A stretch of 64,000 bases of DNA from contig CAZXAU010000004.1 of NCBI GenBank assembly GCA_964638675.1, forward strand, positions 62,977 through 126,976, read 5' to 3'. The notes under the pieces were generated by a model. It saw nothing but the letters and a program-made list of their open reading frames with translations, did no database searches and had not been told where the DNA came from. Source of the DNA: an uncultured Lachnospiraceae bacterium. GTDB lineage: Bacteria > Bacillota > Clostridia > Oscillospirales > CAG-272. A program made the position numbers and the translations under genes. How positions within the stretch are numbered: position 1 is the first letter of the stretch; every line of letters starts with the position of its first letter. Positions 50,617-60,978 of the stretch are shown here, piece after piece.

Positions 50617-52221
50617 TCAGCCTTCGTATTTGTTTGTATAGTTGGGAAGAAGCTTCGGTGATACAGCAGTTGTTTCAATTCCTGCATCTGCGATTTCCTT
50701 CTCGAATTTTGAAATGTGGTCGAGTGTAAGCTTTCCAACAGTTACATTCTTCGACTTTGCGGCAGCATTCTGTCCTGCGTTACGTCCGAACACGATGATA
50801 TCGAGCAGTGAGTTACCCATAAGACGGTTGCGTCCGTGGATTCCTCCGACTGCCTCGCCTGCAACGAAGAGATTTTCAACATTGGTGGTCTGTCCGTCAA
50901 CATTGATGTCAAGTCCGCCGTTCTGGTAGTGAAGTGTCGGGTATACGAGAATCGGCTCTTTTCTGATATCGATTCCGTAGCTTGCGAACATACGGAGCAT
51001 TGCAGGGATTCTCTTTTCAATCGTGCCTTCTCCGCCGATCTTTTCGATCATAGGTGTGTCAAGCCAAACTGCCTTGCCTGTTCCTGTTTCAACGCCTTCG
51101 TCTCTGTCAGAGCATTCACGGATGATCGAAGCTGCCGCTACGTCACGTGTTTCAAGCGGATGCATGAATACTTTACCGTCACGGTTGACAAGCTTTGCAC
51201 CGAGCGAACGTACTTTTTCGGTTACGAGAGCACCGAAGATCTGCTGAGGGAATGCCGCACCCGTCGGGTGATACTGAAGAGTATCTGCATAAAGAAGCTT
51301 AGCTCCGACACGGTATCCAAGAACAAGTCCGTCAGCTGTAGCACCGTAGTGGTTGGATGTCGGGAATCCCTGGTAGTGCATTCTTCCTGCACCGCCCGTA
51401 GCTATGATTACTGTTTTAGCTTTGGCAACCATAAGCTCTTTGGTTTCCATATTCATAAGAACCGCACCTGCGGCGTTGCCGTTTTCATCGAGAATAAGCT
51501 CAACTGCCGCTGTGAAGTCCACTACCGGAATTCCACGGTTGAGCACTTCGTCACGGAGAGTTCTCATGATCTCGGCACCCGAATAGTCTCTTGCGGCATG
51601 CATACGCTTTCTTGATGTTCCGCCGCCGTGAGTCGTTACCATTGTTCCGTCGGGCATTTTATCGAATTCTACTCCGAGCTCGTTAAGCCATTTGATAGCA
51701 CCGGGAGCGTCGCAGACAAGCTTGGAGAGAAGCTCTCTCTTTGCCGCAAAGTGTCCGCCGCCGAAAGCATCAAGGAAGTGAGTAGCCGGTGAATCGTTCG
51801 GCTTATCAGCTGCCTGGATTCCGCCCTCTGCCATCATTGTGTTGGCATCTCCGATACGGAGCTTAGTGACGATCATTGCACTTGCGCCTGCTTCGTTTGC
51901 TTCGATAGCCGCACTTGCACCTGCTCCGCCGCCGCCGATGATGAGAACATCAACATCGTACTTAGGATTCTCAAGGTTGACATCTTCAGCCTTTATACGG
52001 CTGTGTGCCTGGAGCATTTCGCAAAGCTCGTGAGGAACGACTTCGCCCTTGTTGGGACCGATCTTCAGTTCGGCAAATTCGCTTTTTTTGTAGTCAGGAT
52101 GGTATGCGGCAAGAAGGTCTTCCTTCTCCTGTGCCGTCATACGCTTGGGTTCTAAGGCGATGTTGGCTTCACGTGCCTGTTCTACCGCCTTAAGGGATTT
52201 TTGAAATTCTTCAGCGTACAT
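50617..52221 (-). CDS. Soluble fumarate reductase flavoprotein (TfrA/FrdA-like)
   Basis: IGGGGAG, AEGGI, IATGG, QYHPT, TEKVR, TRD, PTLHYQNGG, HGRNRLMGNSL. Confidence 0.88.
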   Translation of the reverse strand: MYAEEFQKSLKAVEQAREANIALEPKRMTAQEKEDLLAAYHPDYKKSEFAELKIGPNKGEVVPHELCEMLQAHSRIKAEDVNLENPKYDVDVLIIGGGGAGASAAIEANEAGASAMIVTKLRIGDANTMMAEGGIQAADKPNDSPATHFLDAFGGGHFAAKRELLSKLVCDAPGAIKWLNELGVEFDKMPDGTMVTTHGGGTSRKRMHAARDYSGAEIMRTLRDEVLNRGIPVVDFTAAVELILDENGNAAGAVLMNMETKELMVAKAKTVIIATGGAGRMHYQGFPTSNHYGATADGLVLGYRVGAKLLYADTLQYHPTGAAFPQQIFGALVTEKVRSLGAKLVNRDGKVFMHPLETRDVAAASIIRECSDRDEGVETGTGKAVWLDTPMIEKIGGEGTIEKRIPAMLRMFASYGIDIRKEPILVYPTLHYQNGGLDINVDGQTTNVENLFVAGEAVGGIHGRNRLMGNSLLDIIVFGRNAGQNAAAKSKNVTVGKLTLDHISKFEKEIADAGIETTAVSPKLLPNYTNKYEG

Positions 52222-52236
52222 TTTATTCTTCCTCCC

Positions 52237-52911
52237 TTATTTCTCGATCTCTCGATTGTTATAAAGTTCTTTGAGCTCTTCAACAGGCTTACCCATGAGC
52301 TGCTCAATAAGTTCCTTGAATGTTCCGTTTTCTATCTCTTTAACACGGTTTTCAAGGTGTTCTGTTTTGGGTGCAAGATATTTACCGTTGATGCGGCGTG
52401 CAAGCATTGCAACCTGAGGATGAGATATTCCGGCAGGGCAACGAGATGAACAGCATCCGCACATTACGCAGTCAAATGACTCTTCAGCGCATTTTTCAAA
52501 TTCGCCGCGCTGAGCGTAAGCAATATACTGCATAACATTGAGTCCCTGTGTACAAGCCTTTGTGCAGGCATTGCATCCTACGCAGGCATAGATCTCGGGG
52601 TAAAGCTGCATCATAATTGTTTCATTTGTGCTGATCTTATTGACATCGAATACCTGCTTTACAAGCGGGAAGAAGGGGAGTGTAGCGATATACATTCCTT
52701 CCTCGACCTTAGTCTGGCAAGCAAGACATGTTTTCAGATCCTTCTGACCCTTTATACGGTAGATCGTGGCACATGCACCGCAGAATCCGTTACGGCATCC
52801 GCAACCTCTTACGAGCTGATAGCCGGCGTATTCCATGGCACACATAATTGTGAGATTATCCGGGACTTTATACTGTTTTCCGAAAAGATATATATTTACG
52901 AGTTTTTCCAT
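52237..52911 (-). CDS. Fumarate reductase Fe-S subunit ([2Fe-2S] + 2x[4Fe-4S])
   Basis: GCRNGFCGAC..LACQ; CVGCNAC..C and CVMCGCC..CP. Confidence 0.85.
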   Translation of the reverse strand: MEKLVNIYLFGKQYKVPDNLTIMCAMEYAGYQLVRGCGCRNGFCGACATIYRIKGQKDLKTCLACQTKVEEGMYIATLPFFPLVKQVFDVNKISTNETIMMQLYPEIYACVGCNACTKACTQGLNVMQYIAYAQRGEFEKCAEESFDCVMCGCCSSRCPAGISHPQVAMLARRINGKYLAPKTEHLENRVKEIENGTFKELIEQLMGKPVEELKELYNNREIEK

Positions 52912-52936
52912 ATTCATTTTCCCTTTCGATTGGTTA

Positions 52937-53773
52937 TCAATATTCGTTTGGAAGTTCATCAAGTTCATCAAAACGGAATACAGGCCCGTCTTTGCAAACA
53001 TATTTTGAACCGACATTGCATCTTCCGCACTTGCCGATTCCGCATTTCATGCGAAGCTCAAGTGTTGTATAAAGCTGTGTCTTGTCGAATCCGAGCTCAA
53101 GCAGTCCGGCAAGCGTGAACTTGATCATGATAGGAGGACCGCAGAGTATCGCAATCGTATTATCTGTCGGGAAGGCAAGCTCTTTGACATAATTCGGAAC
53201 GAATCCTACATGGCCGTCCCAGCCCTCCTGTTCACGGTCAATCGTCAGGTGAACGAATACATTTGTGTCGTTCGTCCATTCATCGATGATTTCCTTATAA
53301 TCAAGAAGGTCATCCTTTGAACGTGAGCCGTATACGATATCGATCCTGCCGTATCTGTCTCTGTAGTGACGGCAGTAATTTATGACCGAACGAAGAGGTG
53401 CGAGTCCGACGCCGCCTGCTACGAATATAAGGTTCTTACCGACAAATTCGGTATCTACGGGGAACGGGTGACCGTAAGGACCTCTTACAGTCAACTGCTG
53501 ACCGACATCACAGCTGTGAAGAAATTCTGTCAGACATCCGCACTTTTTGATTGAAAACTCCATATATTCGGTGTTTGTCGGAGATGAAGTGATCGAGATC
53601 ATTGCTTCACTGATTCCGGGGATCGAGATCATGGCACACTGTCCGGGACGGTGCGTAAAGGGAACCTTTCCGTCGGGCGTGACTACTCTGAAGGTCTTGA
53701 TATCGGGTGTATCCTGACGGATATCGACGATCTCACCTATATAAGGCATTAAGGGTTCATTGAATTCAGCCAT
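52937..53773 (-). CDS. flxA: FlxA/AsrB-like FAD/NAD-binding subunit
   Basis: PGQ, RGPYG, AGGVGLAPLRS, CGPPIM, MKCGIGKCGRC..CKDGPVF. Confidence 0.85.
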   Translation of the reverse strand: MAEFNEPLMPYIGEIVDIRQDTPDIKTFRVVTPDGKVPFTHRPGQCAMISIPGISEAMISITSSPTNTEYMEFSIKKCGCLTEFLHSCDVGQQLTVRGPYGHPFPVDTEFVGKNLIFVAGGVGLAPLRSVINYCRHYRDRYGRIDIVYGSRSKDDLLDYKEIIDEWTNDTNVFVHLTIDREQEGWDGHVGFVPNYVKELAFPTDNTIAILCGPPIMIKFTLAGLLELGFDKTQLYTTLELRMKCGIGKCGRCNVGSKYVCKDGPVFRFDELDELPNEY

Positions 53774-54800
53774 TTTCTTTTCCTCCTTCTCCGAGCGTTT
53801 TCATTACTTTTACAATATTCATTTTTATAGGGCATTTTGAAATACATCTGCCGCATCCTACGCAACTGAACAGTCCGTTATTGTTTTCAGGATAGTAGAC
53901 AAGCTTATGCATAAATCTCTGACGGAAACGCTCAAGCTGTGTGAGTCTCGGCTGTCCTGCCGACATTTTTGTGAAGTTTGAATACATGCAGGAGTCCCAG
54001 CAACGGTAACGTATAACTCCGTCATTCGTCTTGAAATCTCTGATGTCATAGCACTGACAGGTCGGGCACACGAATGTACATGTTCCGCATCCGAGACAGC
54101 TTTCCGAAAGTGCCTTCCACGCCGGATCGTCAAAGAACTGCTTTGTCTTTTCTCCGCCGAATTTGTCTGCACTGAGAGTTGCAAGGGGAAGCTTTGCAAG
54201 ACGGTCTTTGATTATCTGTTTCTGAGCCTGTGCTTCCTGCTCTCCGCCCTCTTCGGTAACGCCCGAGAGCGTTGCAAGCAGTTTTTCGCCCTTTTCGCTT
54301 TTTGCGTCGAGGATCAGCAGGTCGTCTGTCATATGACATACGACGTCGCCTTCGGGCTGTGAAGCATCGATTCCGAATGTGGCACAAAAACAGCTCTCGC
54401 AGGGACGGTTGCAGGCAAGTGAAACGATAACTCCGTGTTCACGGCGATTCTTGTAATATGAGTCGACAGGCTCTGAAAGGAAAACATTATCGAGAACCGC
54501 AAATGCACGGACGTCACATGCACGCACGCCGAACACTACGAAATCTTCGCTTTCGCTTCTTACATCGTCTATCGATATCTTTTTGCCTTCTGTTTTGAAG
54601 GCCATGAGGTTTTCTGTCTGAGGAAAGAAGAAATCCTTCGGGCTTTTTCCGGTGTTGAGAGCGTTTGCGGCATACTCTTTGCCTTCGCTCCATTCACCGT
54701 AATTTGCGCCTTTTTCGCCGACAAGCGGCATATAAAGCTTATAATTTTCTGAGATCCTTGCAAAAAGGGAATTCAGATTTTGTTTCGAGAGTTTAAGCAT
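53766..54800 (-). CDS. flxB: FlxB/AsrA-like Fe-S subunit
   Basis: SPKDFFFPQ, GVRACD, CLGCGTCTFVCPTCQC, RCWDSC, RFRQRFMHK, CVGCGRC. Confidence 0.85.
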   Translation of the reverse strand: MLKLSKQNLNSLFARISENYKLYMPLVGEKGANYGEWSEGKEYAANALNTGKSPKDFFFPQTENLMAFKTEGKKISIDDVRSESEDFVVFGVRACDVRAFAVLDNVFLSEPVDSYYKNRREHGVIVSLACNRPCESCFCATFGIDASQPEGDVVCHMTDDLLILDAKSEKGEKLLATLSGVTEEGGEQEAQAQKQIIKDRLAKLPLATLSADKFGGEKTKQFFDDPAWKALSESCLGCGTCTFVCPTCQCYDIRDFKTNDGVIRYRCWDSCMYSNFTKMSAGQPRLTQLERFRQRFMHKLVYYPENNNGLFSCVGCGRCISKCPIKMNIVKVMKTLGEGGKENG

Positions 54801-55785
54801 TGTTCTTACCTCCCTTTACTGCGTCTTTGGGTTCTACATCTTCCTTTGTGTAATTTACAACAGGATGACGGCTTCCGACTTCGCTTCCTGCCTGATAATC
54901 TCCGTAGAATTCATTTATATCCTTTATGAACTTACGGTTGAGCAGATGGAGCGGAATGTGCTGAGGACATACTCTTGAGCATTCGCCGCAGTCTGTACAA
55001 CGTCCCGCAACATGGAATGCTCTGATAATATGGAACATTTTTTCTTCAAAGCTGTCTGCCGCAGCTTTGTTTTCGAGTCCCGAATTCGGGTTGTCAAAAA
55101 CACAGTGCTCGCATGTACATGCAGGACATACATCACGGCAGGCATTGCAACGGATGCAACGTGAAAGCTCACCCTGCCAGAATTCAAATCTTTCATCGGC
55201 AGACATACTCTCTATCTTTGCGACTTCGTCAAAACGGTTGCTGTCAATTACATCGCCGTCTTCTCCGATGATCTCGTCATATGCCACATGCTTTTTAGAC
55301 TTGCAGTTAAGGCATCTTTCAGCAAGAGCTTCCTCATAAGAAAGGGTGATAACACCGTCATAAAGTGTGTTTATCTTGATTCCTTCAGCTGTTGATTCGC
55401 AATCTACTATGCTGTCAGCTTTTTCTTTTATCTTCTTTGCATCGATCATTCCCTCACAGGGTATTGCGATCGCATAAACCTTTTCACGGTTAAAGCGATG
55501 CTCTGTAAGGAGCTGATTGAAGCTGTATGTGTCGCAAGGCTTGAGGAATACAAGAACCTTGCTTGCACTTTTTGCAGATTCTTTTATAAGATATTTTGAA
55601 AAATTTGCTCCGCAGAAATCGCCGTAAACAAATTCATCCTCAAGCTGCTGTGCACTTGTGAATACACCGGGAGTCACATCGTATACAAAATCTCCCTTTT
55701 TCCATCCGAGAACACGGTCAACGCTTCCGCTCTCAAGAAGAGCTTTCGCTTTTGAAATCAGAATTTCACGAGTTATCTTTTGCAT
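54793..55785 (-). CDS. flxC: FlxC-like Fe-S subunit
   Basis: KPCD, CIRCNACRDVCPACTC, RAFHVAGRCTDCGECSRVCP. Confidence 0.82.
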   Translation of the reverse strand: MQKITREILISKAKALLESGSVDRVLGWKKGDFVYDVTPGVFTSAQQLEDEFVYGDFCGANFSKYLIKESAKSASKVLVFLKPCDTYSFNQLLTEHRFNREKVYAIAIPCEGMIDAKKIKEKADSIVDCESTAEGIKINTLYDGVITLSYEEALAERCLNCKSKKHVAYDEIIGEDGDVIDSNRFDEVAKIESMSADERFEFWQGELSRCIRCNACRDVCPACTCEHCVFDNPNSGLENKAAADSFEEKMFHIIRAFHVAGRCTDCGECSRVCPQHIPLHLLNRKFIKDINEFYGDYQAGSEVGSRHPVVNYTKEDVEPKDAVKGGKNNA

Positions 55786-56213
55786 CTCAGGTCCTCCAAT
55801 CTCTTATTTCTTCCGAGCGATGCGACACTCTGAGCGAATTCATTCATCGTTGCAGAGAACTTAGCACCTTCTGCGGCAGAAACCCATTCAACACGTGTAC
55901 GCTCACGCTCTATGCCGAGATAGTCGAGCATAGAGAAGAGCAGTGCCATACGGCGGCGTGTATAATAGTTGCCCGATGTATAGTGGCAATCCCCGGGGTG
56001 GCATCCGCAAAGGATAACACCGTCAGCTCCTCTTTGGAAAGCACGGAGAATGAATGTGGGATTGACACGGCATGAGCAGGGAACACGGATGATCTTTACA
56101 TCTGCAGGGTAGGCAAGACGGTTATTACCGGCAAGGTCTGCACCTGCATACGAACACCAGTTGCAACAAAATGCAACTATAAGCGGTCTGTAGTTTTCTT
56201 CATTCATCGACAT
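55773..56213 (-). CDS. flxD: MvhD/FlxD [2Fe-2S] subunit
   Basis: AFCCNWCSYAGADLAG, RVPCS.R, GADGV..GCHPGDCHY, WVSAAEG. Confidence 0.92.
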   Translation of the reverse strand: MSMNEENYRPLIVAFCCNWCSYAGADLAGNNRLAYPADVKIIRVPCSCRVNPTFILRAFQRGADGVILCGCHPGDCHYTSGNYYTRRRMALLFSMLDYLGIERERTRVEWVSAAEGAKFSATMNEFAQSVASLGRNKRLEDLRCKR

Positions 56214-58198
56214 ATTGCATCTACCTCCGCAAATATCTGTTGATTCTTGAATCCTTTAAGATCCATAGCACCCGACATACATGCTACTGTACAGCATCCG
56301 CAACCCTGGCAGACCGCTTCGTTGACCTGAGCAACACGGCGGACCTTGGTTGTACGGTCGGGCATACGGAATTCTTTATCGACATATGTGATAGCACCGT
56401 AAGGACATACCTTTTCACAGCTTGAGCATCCGTTGCACATGAGTTCATCGGGTGATGCAACGCAGGGGTTACCTGTGAGCTTATCCTTAACGAGAAGTCC
56501 GATGACCTTGGATGCCGCAGCACCTGCCTGAGCGACAGTTTCGGGGATATCCTTAGGTCCCTGGCATGTTCCCGAGAGATATACGCCTGCTGTAGGGCTT
56601 TCTACCGGACGGAGCTTGGGGTGCGCTTCTGTAAAGAAGTCGTTTGTATCCATTGATGCTGTAAGCATTGTAGCAAGCGGACGAGCCGACTTATCAGGCT
56701 CAATTGCCGCCGCAAGCACTACGAGATCGGCATCAATTTCAAGCTGTCTGTTGTCTATGAGATCGGAAGCACGAACCTTGAGCTTTTTACCTTCGGGCAT
56801 GACCTTTCCGACCATTCCTTTAATATAATGAACATTGTATTCTTCGACTGCTCTGCGATAGAATTCATCAAAGTTCTTTCCGGGTGTACGGACGTCTATA
56901 TAGAATACATATACATCTGTATCCGGATATTTATCTCTTGTCAGCATTGCATGCTTTGCCGTATACATACAGCAGATCTTGGAGCAATACTCTTTTCCCT
57001 TTTGTGCACATGCGTCACATCTTGAACCGACACACTGAACAAAAACGATCGTGTGAGGATGCTCACCGTCTGAGGGACGGAGAAGCTTTCCGCCTGTAGG
57101 TCCTGCCGCATTGCAAAGACGCTCAAATTCGAGAGATGTAATTACATCCTTTGACTGAGAGTATGCAAATTCATCGAATTTATCCATAGAGATCGGGTTG
57201 AAGCCTGTTGCAACAACGATAGCTCCGTACTTCTCTTCTATGTATTCATCCTTTGCCTTATAATCGATAGCTCCTGCTGTACATATCTTCGAGCATACTC
57301 CGCACTTACCTGTCTTGAGCATTGTGCAGTGCTCGGCATCTATGGTTGCCACCTTCGGAACTGCCTGTGCAAAGGGAATATATATTGCACGGCGGTTATC
57401 CATACCGAGGTTGAACTCGTTGGGTATCTTCTTCTGCGGACATTTTTCGGTACATGCTCCGCATCCCGTGCAAAGCTCTTCTTTTACATATCTTGCTTTG
57501 CGCTTAATGGTTACATCGAAGTTTCCGACGAATCCGCCGACAGATGTGACCTCGGAATATGAGAATATGCGTATATTTTCATTCTGTGCAACATCGACCA
57601 TTTTAGGTGTGAGGATACAAGCCGCACAGTCAAGTGTCGGGAAGGTCTTATCAAGCTGAGCCATCTTACCGCCGATAGTCGGCTTTGTCTCAACGATATC
57701 AACCGGGAATCCTGCATCTGCTATATCAAGTGCGGTCTGAATTCCGGCAATTCCGCCTCCGATGACGAGCGCACGCTTGGTAACAGGTGACTCTCCGGCT
57801 TTTAAGGGAGCATTGAGGTGAACCTTTGCAATCGCCGCTCTGCCAAGAATTATAGCCTTCTGAGTTCCTTCTTTTACATCCTTATGTACCCATGAGCACT
57901 GCTCACGTATGTTGGCGATCTCAACCATATAGGGGTTGATTCCTGCTGATGTAGCCGCTTTACGGAAGGTCGCTTCATGCATACGGGGTGAACATGAGCA
58001 GACAACGATACCTGTGAGACCATGCTCTTTGATCGCATCCTTCAATATATCCTGTCCTGCCTGCGAACACATATAGGGGTAATGAGTTGAAAATACGACG
58101 CCGGGTTCGTGGCTGAGTGCTTCAGTAACAGCGGCAACATCCACGGTTCCTGCAATATTGGTGCCGCAATGGCATATAAATACACCTATTTTCTGCAT
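56204..58198 (-). CDS. hdrA: Heterodisulfide reductase subunit A (electron-bifurcating flavoprotein)
   Basis: GVFICHCGTNI, CSPRMHE, ANIREQCSWVH, IGGGIAG, LDKTFPTLDC, YCSKICCMY, CQGPKDIP. Confidence 0.97.
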   Translation of the reverse strand: MQKIGVFICHCGTNIAGTVDVAAVTEALSHEPGVVFSTHYPYMCSQAGQDILKDAIKEHGLTGIVVCSCSPRMHEATFRKAATSAGINPYMVEIANIREQCSWVHKDVKEGTQKAIILGRAAIAKVHLNAPLKAGESPVTKRALVIGGGIAGIQTALDIADAGFPVDIVETKPTIGGKMAQLDKTFPTLDCAACILTPKMVDVAQNENIRIFSYSEVTSVGGFVGNFDVTIKRKARYVKEELCTGCGACTEKCPQKKIPNEFNLGMDNRRAIYIPFAQAVPKVATIDAEHCTMLKTGKCGVCSKICTAGAIDYKAKDEYIEEKYGAIVVATGFNPISMDKFDEFAYSQSKDVITSLEFERLCNAAGPTGGKLLRPSDGEHPHTIVFVQCVGSRCDACAQKGKEYCSKICCMYTAKHAMLTRDKYPDTDVYVFYIDVRTPGKNFDEFYRRAVEEYNVHYIKGMVGKVMPEGKKLKVRASDLIDNRQLEIDADLVVLAAAIEPDKSARPLATMLTASMDTNDFFTEAHPKLRPVESPTAGVYLSGTCQGPKDIPETVAQAGAAASKVIGLLVKDKLTGNPCVASPDELMCNGCSSCEKVCPYGAITYVDKEFRMPDRTTKVRRVAQVNEAVCQGCGCCTVACMSGAMDLKGFKNQQIFAEVDAICR

Positions 58199-58212
58199 AT
58201 TTTCAATCCTCC

Positions 58213-58602
58213 TTATTTCTTATACTTTCTGAATGCCGTAACGAGTGCCTGCGTCGGCATCTGATCGTCTATGATCTCGGGGATCATATCGGGTGTGACA
58301 CGGTCTGCACCCTTTTGTCTTATTGTTATAAGGCGTACAGCTTCGATGAGCTTGCCGGGTTCGACACCGCGGGGGCAACGCTCGACACACGCCATGCATG
58401 AAAGGCACTTGTAGATCGACTCGGAATTCTGAAGTCTTTCAATATCACCGTTTTCCACCATTGAAACAAACTGATGGGGATGATATTCCATTTCATTGTA
58501 AGAGGGGCAGCTTCCCGAGCATTTTCCGCATTTCATACATTTGCGTGGGTTAACTCCGCTGATGCGAAGAATTTCTTCTCTTTTGAGCATATCATTTGCC
58601 AT
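58213..58602 (-). CDS. hdrC: Heterodisulfide reductase subunit C
   Basis: CMKCGKCSGSCP and CLSCMACVERCPRG. Confidence 0.9.
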   Translation of the reverse strand: MANDMLKREEILRISGVNPRKCMKCGKCSGSCPSYNEMEYHPHQFVSMVENGDIERLQNSESIYKCLSCMACVERCPRGVEPGKLIEAVRLITIRQKGADRVTPDMIPEIIDDQMPTQALVTAFRKYKK

Positions 58603-58605
58603 ATG

Positions 58606-59412
58606 TTATACCTCCTCAACGCCGAGAGCTTTTGCTAAAAGCTCGGTGAAATAGAGTACGGGAATCTCGTTTTCGCTGTTCATGAGATTGTAACGGCATA
58701 GAGGGCAGGCTGTAAGCATCACTTCAGCTCCTGCCGAAAGCGCACTCTTTGTGATGCGATTACTCTGCTTTTCAGCCGCCTGCTTATCTTCAACAGCCAT
58801 ATATCCTCCGCAGCATTCATTTCTCTGAGGATATTTTATGACTTCACCGCCGAGAGCAGATATAAGATCTTCAAGAAGTGAAGGATTTTCGGGATCATCG
58901 GTATTCATGACCTTGCTCGGACGGAGAAGAAGACATCCGTAATAGGGAGCGATCTTCATTCCCGTGAGAGGTGAAACGACCTTTTCCTTTACTTTTTCAA
59001 ATGTGACGACATCACGAAGGTACTCAAGGTAGTGATAGATCGTAGCCTCACCATTGTAGTCACCTGAGAAGTCCTCATCCTGAGCCATATAATTGTTTAC
59101 ACGGTTTGCAAATGTTTTGTCGTTTTGCATTGCCGCATTTGTGCGTTTGAGCACATTGTGGCATGCCGAGCAGACCGTGATGAGCGGTCTGTCGCTTTCG
59201 TATGCACTCTTGAGTGCACGTACAGAAGAGAGCTTTGTGGCAATTTCATCGCTCGAGGAGGTGAATGCACCGCCGCAGCACTGCCAATTCTCAACTTCAC
59301 ATAATTCAAATCCGAGGATCTTTGCACTTTCTCTTGCGTAATAATCGAGCTTTTTCGCCTTATTACGCAGTGTGCAACCCGGATAGTAACTGACTTTCAT
59401 ATTTAAGACCAT
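58606..59412 (-). CDS. hdrB: Heterodisulfide reductase subunit B
   Basis: Two CCG domains: YYPGC..CCG..CSAC and YYGC..CCGG..CPLC; start at 59412 or 59400. Confidence 0.92.
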   Translation of the reverse strand: MVLNMKVSYYPGCTLRNKAKKLDYYARESAKILGFELCEVENWQCCGGAFTSSSDEIATKLSSVRALKSAYESDRPLITVCSACHNVLKRTNAAMQNDKTFANRVNNYMAQDEDFSGDYNGEATIYHYLEYLRDVVTFEKVKEKVVSPLTGMKIAPYYGCLLLRPSKVMNTDDPENPSLLEDLISALGGEVIKYPQRNECCGGYMAVEDKQAAEKQSNRITKSALSAGAEVMLTACPLCRYNLMNSENEIPVLYFTELLAKALGVEEV

Positions 59413-59558
59413 GGCTTTCGCATTGCGAAAGCGTCCTTTCTTTCGGAATTGGAGCTGGTTTTGCTTAGCAAAATCGCCGTTACTTTAACGGCGAAAGCCG
59501 CAAAACATTGTTTGAAAGATTTATCTTTCAAACCTTTTTCCTTATCAAAACAGCAGAA

Positions 59559-60935
59559 TTATACCATCTGTTCGGGATGGAAAACCTCGTCAAAGCATTC
59601 GGCTGTGAGAAATCCGAGTTCTACACATGCCTGCTTGAGCGATATATTATCTTTGTATGCTTTTTTCGCAGTCTTTGCTGCATTTTCATATCCTATGTAA
59701 GGATTGAGAGCGGTTACGAGCATAAGAGAGTTATGAAGATTGTGATGCATCTTCTCTTTGTTTGCCTTAATTCCGCAAACACACTTATTGCTGAATGAAA
59801 CGATAGCTTCTGCAAGAAGTCTTGCCGACTGAAGGAAATTGTACGCAATAACCGGCATGAATACATTAAGCTCAAAGTTGCCCTGTGATGCGCCCATTGT
59901 AATTGCAACATCGTTACCCATGACCTGTACTGCTACCATTGTAACAGCTTCGCACTGTGTCGGATTGACCTTGCCGGGCATGATCGACGATCCGGGTTCA
60001 TTCTCGGGAATCGTGATCTCTCCGAGTCCGTCACGAGGACCGGATGCAAGCCAACGGACATCGTTTGCAATCTTCATCATATCGCATGCCGTTGCCTTTA
60101 TTGCAGAATGTGCGAACACGATCTCGTCCTTTGATGTGAGTGCATGGAACTTGTTTGAAGCTGTGACAAAGGGTTTGCCGGTGATTTCAGCTACCTTTGA
60201 AGCGACAAGCTTGTCAAAGCCCTTGGGGGCATTGAGTCCCGTTCCTACAGCCGTTCCTCCGAGTGCAAGCTCACGAAGAGGATCAAGTGAGATGCGGAGG
60301 AGCTGTGCGTCACGCTCAAGGCTTGAACGCCATCCGCTGATCTCCTGACTGAATGTAATAGGTGTTGCATCCTGAAGATGTGTACGGCCCGATTTTACGA
60401 TTCCTTCATTTTCTTCTTCGAGCTTTCTGAGAGTTGATATCAGAAGCTCAAGTGCCGGGAGAAGCTTATCTTCTATCGCAAGAACTGCCGAGATGTGCAT
60501 TGCAGTCGGGAACGTATCGTTTGATGACTGGCTCATATTGATATCATCGTTAGGGTGAGTAAGCTCTTTTCCTGCGATCTGATTTGCACGGTTGCGTATG
60601 ACCTCATTCGAGTTCATATTCGACTGAGTTCCCGAACCTGTCTGCCATACGACAAGCGGAAAATGTCCGCTGAGCTTTCCTTCGATAACCTCATCACATG
60701 CTTTGCAGATGGCATCAAGCTTTTCATCTGTCATTTTTTCGGGGCGAAGCTCATGATTTGCAAGAGCCGCCGCTTTTTTCAGAATTCCGAATGCGTGTAT
60801 AATTTCGGCGGGCATTGTTTCGATCCCTACACCGATCTCAAAATTCTCGTGGCTTCTTTGGGTCTGTGCCGCCCAAAGACGGTCGGCAGGAACCTTCATT
60901 TCGCCCATTGAATCGTGTTCTATGCGATATTCCAT
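59559..60935 (-). CDS. fumC: Class II fumarate hydratase
   Basis: [51 protein letters not shown]. Confidence 0.97.
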   Translation of the reverse strand: MEYRIEHDSMGEMKVPADRLWAAQTQRSHENFEIGVGIETMPAEIIHAFGILKKAAALANHELRPEKMTDEKLDAICKACDEVIEGKLSGHFPLVVWQTGSGTQSNMNSNEVIRNRANQIAGKELTHPNDDINMSQSSNDTFPTAMHISAVLAIEDKLLPALELLISTLRKLEEENEGIVKSGRTHLQDATPITFSQEISGWRSSLERDAQLLRISLDPLRELALGGTAVGTGLNAPKGFDKLVASKVAEITGKPFVTASNKFHALTSKDEIVFAHSAIKATACDMMKIANDVRWLASGPRDGLGEITIPENEPGSSIMPGKVNPTQCEAVTMVAVQVMGNDVAITMGASQGNFELNVFMPVIAYNFLQSARLLAEAIVSFSNKCVCGIKANKEKMHHNLHNSLMLVTALNPYIGYENAAKTAKKAYKDNISLKQACVELGFLTAECFDEVFHPEQMV

Positions 60936-60978
60936 TATTTGATTATCCTCTCTTGTGGATTAATTGTTGATTAACGAT

